From Mytilus trossulus (taxonomy: Eukaryota), in contig NC_086381.1 of assembly GCF_036588685.1 (NCBI RefSeq), positions 27,404,001-27,468,000 of the forward strand: a stretch of 64,000 bases of DNA, written 5' to 3'. Of this stretch, positions 59,364 to 64,000 are shown piece after piece. A program made the translations under genes and the position numbers. Below the pieces are notes generated by a model, which was not told where the DNA came from, made no database searches, and worked only from the letters and a program-made list of their open reading frames with translations. Positions within the stretch are counted from its first letter, which is position 1. Each line of letters begins with the position of its first letter.

Positions 59364-59640
59364 TGTTGGGCTAATATTGATGTTATCACATGCAATATCA
59401 TACCTTTTATTGTATCATACAGAGGTAATGATTGTTAGGCTGATATCAATATTGTCACATGTAATATTATACCTTTGATTGTATCATACAGAGGTAATAA
59501 TTGTTAGGCTGATATCAATATTGTCACATGCAATATCAAACCTCTCATTGTATCATACAGAGGTGACAATTGTTGGGCTGATATCATTGCTATCACATGC
59601 AATATGCTTCTGATTGTATCATTCAGAAGGGACAATTGTT
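59364..59640. repeat. 69-bp minisatellite, 4 copies
   Basis: Units start at 59364, 59433, 59502 and 59571. Confidence 0.9.
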
Positions 59641-62012
59641 CTAATATTTGGAGTGATATTTATTTAATATAAAAAAAGTTGTATGCAGCTTTGAAACTGG
59701 AAGAATAAGATTCTCTTTAATATTTTCACATACAAAAAAGTTGATATTTACAAACATTAGTCTTGATATACTGCAACTATAATCATAGCTATCTAACTAT
59801 GAAAAAAAAATATCCCTAAATAAGCCCCTGATTGTGAAAGAAGGAGATTGACATCGTACGAAATTTCTCGTACCAGCATTTACTATATTAAGAAAATAAA
59901 GGTTAGAAGGTCTATCCAAGCTGCAGAAATCCATATGACTCTTTAATCTTCAACAGACATCTGGTATTATAGGACAGCTAGTCAGATACAGCTCAGTATT
60001 GTATATAATCTTTATGTCTTTCACAAAAAAATCACAACAGATTATGAGGGTTATAGAAATATTTTTAATTATACTTTATAGTTTTTATTTTTGTACTTTT
60101 TATCAACAGTTCAGTAGTGTGCCACTTTATATAGATATCTGGTTATAAGAATCTCAGAGGCATTATTAAAACTGCTACAAACTATCAAAGGTACCTTTAA
60201 ACATAATGAATCAGAATTATACAGATGGAAATGGTTTGCAGTAGTTTTTTTCATGCCTGTTGAACATTAGGGTAGCTTTAATCGGTAAGCCGAAAATGAG
60301 CAGGCCTCATCCACTAGTCAGTGTTGATAACTATTTTAGTCCATATCTGTCATAGAGTATTAATTATACATTGTTAACTTTTTTTATTTATCCGACACAT
60401 TCCTCCGTCCAATTATTTATTTTATCCTTCTGTCCTAGGTGTGGATATTGTTGATTTATGCCATACCAATTTGTTGTTGATTTGTATATATCCGTCCATG
60501 GATCTGTTTTTTTAATCATATATATATATATATATATTTATTCTTGTTATAACTCTTGTTGAAGTGTGTAATATCTATACAATGAATGTGAATTAAAATC
60601 TTAAAATGACTATCTTGGAAGCAGCAAGTCTTGATGCTGTTCCAGAAATGAATTGTGAGGGGGGTTGGAAGACACTTCCATGATAAATTTGGTTGTTAGT
60701 GGTTTCCTTTTTAGAAAGAAAGCCTGAACAATTATCAGTTATAGGAAACAATCAATTAAATTGTATTCATGGTGGGTAAAATAATAAGTGTCTTTCAGCT
60801 CCCATTTATTTCTCAAACAGCCATAAAATAAAACCAAATTGGGTTATATATTTCATTGTCAAAGTTTTTTGTTAAAGCATAATTTAGATTTAAAGCAAAT
60901 GTATTGTGTGATGTTTTTCTGTCAAAAATCATGAATTTATCATTAACATAATGTAATTTAACCGTAGAAGAATTTTATTTGATAAAACAAAAACATTTGG
61001 GGATCTTATTATTATTATATTTTTTTTCTAAAAATAGACATTCCTGTTAAATTTTTAAAGTATCTTTTATGTCACTGTAATTGTTATTTTATATTTTTCA
61101 ATTCTAACAATCATTCCACTTTCCACAAACATTTGCCACTTTTGCCAATTAAGCATAATACATTTTAGATTAAAAATAAAATGAATAAACTTGCAATTAT
61201 TGATCAATCGTTTACAGTTAAACCTTGTTGTACAGATAAAAAATATGTCTGCAGTTAAACCTAGTTGTACAGATAAACAATGTACTAAATATTTTGTTTG
61301 TGATGGGTAATAACTTGGTTTAGCTGTAAGGACATAATTAGAAATGGTATGGGAATATTGGAGGCACTGTTATACTTGGTTTAACTGTCTTAATTTTTAA
61401 GAATCGTAGGGATGTAATGGGTATTAACTTGGTTTAACTGTAAAGTTTTACAACATCAACAGTAGGGGAATATTGTGAGACACTGTTTTGTAAACAGGAT
61501 GTATTTTTCTGTAATTGTAGGACAATCTACTGTAACTGTACTATTGTTGATCAATAAATCACAATTGTTGTTTTATCTTTGTTTTATATATTACTGTGAA
61601 TAAAGAACAGTGAAACCTGTCCAAACTGAACCCCAACGGGACTTTGCGTTCTGCTCGGTTTTCACAGGTGTTCGGAATTGCAGAGGTAAACAAAAGTCGA
61701 CACCAAAATAATTTTGACACTTACTGACAAGGGACAACATATGACACAACAGACTACAATTTATTTTTATGTTGATATAGATGTAAATGATATTGTACAA
61801 GTAGATGAAGATAGACGTATTGTTACATTTTTTTTATAAATCAAACACCACTTCATCAATCATGCTCCTCGTTGTAAAAAATGTATAAAGTGTTCAATGA
61901 TGTCTGACGTGTAGAAAGTTTGCTTTTAATAATTATGTTGTCATCCATTAATTTCCTGACCAATTTCGAATCCCAGTCGCTGTATAATGTTGTAGTTGAA
62001 TCGAGATTGTCA

Positions 62013-62460
62013 TTTTTAGCTCACCTGGCCCGAAGGGCCAAGTGAGCTTTTCTCATCACTTGGCATCCGGCGTCTTTAACATTTTACATTTTTGAACTTC
62101 TTCTAGAGAACCACTGAATGGAATGCAACCAAACATGGCATGAATGTTCCTTATGAGGTGCTGACCAAGTGTTGTTACTTTGTAGCCGATCCATCATTCA
62201 AAATGGCCACCGGCGGGGGACTTAGTTTAACATAGGACCCTATGGGAAATGCATACAAATGACTTCTTTTAGAGAACCACTGAATGGAATGAATTCAAAC
62301 ATGGCATGCATGTTCCTTATGAGGTGCTGACAAAGTGTTGTTACTTTGTAGCCGATCCATCATCCAAGATGGCCGCCAGGGGGACTTAGTTTAACATAGG
62401 ACCCTATGGGAAATGCATACAAATGACTTCTTTTAGAGAACCACTGAATGGAATGAAACC
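62013..62460. mobile_element. Helentron/HINE-like element with ~165-bp internal tandem repeats
   Basis: tttttagctcacctggcccgaagggccaagtgagct terminal hairpin box; units at 62104, 62270, 62434. Confidence 0.75.
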
Positions 62461-62498
62461 AATAATTTTGGACCAACTTGAAAACTGGGCCCATAATC

Positions 62499-63437
62499 AA
62501 CAAGAGGCTGTCACAACGACAGCAAACCGGATTTATTAACATTTATTTGTATCCTGCCAATATCACAAGAACCATAACTGATGAACGGTGAAAGTGAAAA
62601 TCGTCAATATCAAATTTGACCTTCATTTTGTAATCAGTATCAACACATTAAAATTTGAAAAGCTTCAGTTGAACAGTTCATGCATTAATGCACGGACACG
62701 ACTGGAAATGCCATTTTTTCAATCTTTCATGAACCATAACTCCTGAAAGGTAAAAATCTAAATTGTCATTATTAAATTTGACCTCCATTTTGTCATCAGT
62801 AACAACATATTAAAATTTGAGAAGCTTCAGTTGAATGGTTCATGAGTAAATGCAGGAACATGACTGGAAAAACCATTTTTCAATATTTCAAGAACCAGTA
62901 CTCCTGAACGGTAAAAGTCAAAATCGTCATTATTGAACTTGACCTCCATTTTGTCATCAGTAACAACATATTAAAATTTGAAAAGCTTTGGTTGAACAGT
63001 TCATGCATAAATGCACAGACACGACTGGAAATGCCATTTTTCAATCTTTCAAGAACCATAACTCCTGAACGGTAAAAGTCAAAATCGTCATTATTACACT
63101 TGACCTCCATTTTGTCATCAGTAACAACAAAAATAAAATTTGGGAAGCTTTGGTTGAACAGTTGATGCGTAAATGCACTGACACGACTGGAAATGCCATT
63201 TTTCAATCTTTCAAGAACCATAACTCCTGAACGGTAAAAGTCAAAATCGTCATTATTGAACTTGACCTTCATTTTGTTGTCTGTAACAACATTTTAAAAT
63301 TTGAAAAGCTGTGATTGAACAGTTCATGAGTAAATGCACGGACAACATTTGGTTGCCGCCCACCCGGCTGCCCATCATACCGCCGTACATACCCAAATCA
63401 ATAACCGACATTTTTGTTACAAAAATCTGGTTAAAAA
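62499..63437. mobile_element. Helentron/HINE-like element carrying ~5 copies of a ~161-bp satellite unit
   Basis: aacaagagg start; units at 62570, 62732, 62893, 63054, 63216; ccgc microsatellite-like stretch; terminal hairpin taaccga...tttttgttacaaaaa...ggtta. Confidence 0.8.
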
Positions 63438-64000
63438 TCTAAGTACATGTTTAGATTCAGCATATCAAAGAACCACAAGAATTCAATTTTTGTTAAAATC
63501 AAGCTAAGTTTAATTTTGGATCCTTCGGACCTTAATGTAGACCAATTTGAAAACAGGACCAAAAAAAAAAAATCTGAATACATGGTTAGATTTGGCATAT
63601 CAAAGAACCCCAATAATTCATTTTTTGATGAAATCAAACAAAGTTTAATTTAGGACCCTTTTGGCCCCTAATTCGTTGGGACCAAAACTCCCAAAATCAA
63701 TCCCAACCTTTCTTTTGTGGTCATAGACCTTATGTTAAAATTTCATAGATTTCTGTTTACTTATACTAAAGTATTGTGCAAAAACCAAGAAAATGCTTAT
63801 TTGGGCCCTTTTTGGCCCCTAATTCCTAAACTGTTGGGACCAAAACACCCTAAATCAATCCAAACCTTCCTTTTATGGTCATAAACCTTGTGTTTTTAAA
63901 AATTTCATAGATTTCTTTTTACTTTTACTAAAGTAAGAATGCGAAAAACCAAATGTCTTGGGACGACGACGACAATGACGACGCCAACGTGATACCAATA
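63438..64000. repeat. Satellite-like tandem repeat element (~150-bp units containing GGGCCC/GGCCCC), runs off the window end
   Basis: ggcccctaattc...ttgggaccaaaac...aaatcaatcc..accttc..ttttgtggtcata repeated at ~63663 and ~63814; gacgacgac tail. Confidence 0.75.

Noticed and set aside
62880-63272. 130-aa ORF with internal repeats
   Set aside because: Product of the 161-bp satellite units; the unit length is not a multiple of 3 and there is no gene context

Overview
AT-rich, intron-dense animal genomic DNA. The repeat families suggest a bivalve mollusc, probably Mytilus (inference). Two complete spliced genes lie head-to-head. On the minus strand, PSMD2/RPN1 (26S proteasome regulatory subunit) has 22 coding exons from 32784 to 12381, giving 901 aa in my manual splice model. 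On the plus strand, a KIF17/OSM-3-type homodimeric kinesin-2 has 21 coding exons from 35164 to 58214, up to 997 aa. All exon phases join in frame. Notable points: (1) the last PSMD2 intron is a textbook U12-type (minor spliceosome) intron; (2) the shared upstream region carries a ZNF143/Staf-type site and an RFX X-box; (3) KIF17 has five frame-neutral micro-exons, some followed by Rbfox TGCATG motifs, plus a skippable exon encoding a 3x17-aa repeat; (4) both genes show exon-end duplications into the next intron. The rest is non-autonomous DNA transposons (including a 720-bp foldback element with 290-bp arms), Helentron-like satellite-bearing elements, hAT/ZNF862-like transposase relics and minisatellites. 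The first ~12 kb has no confidently identifiable gene. I see no clearly novel biological system beyond these features.
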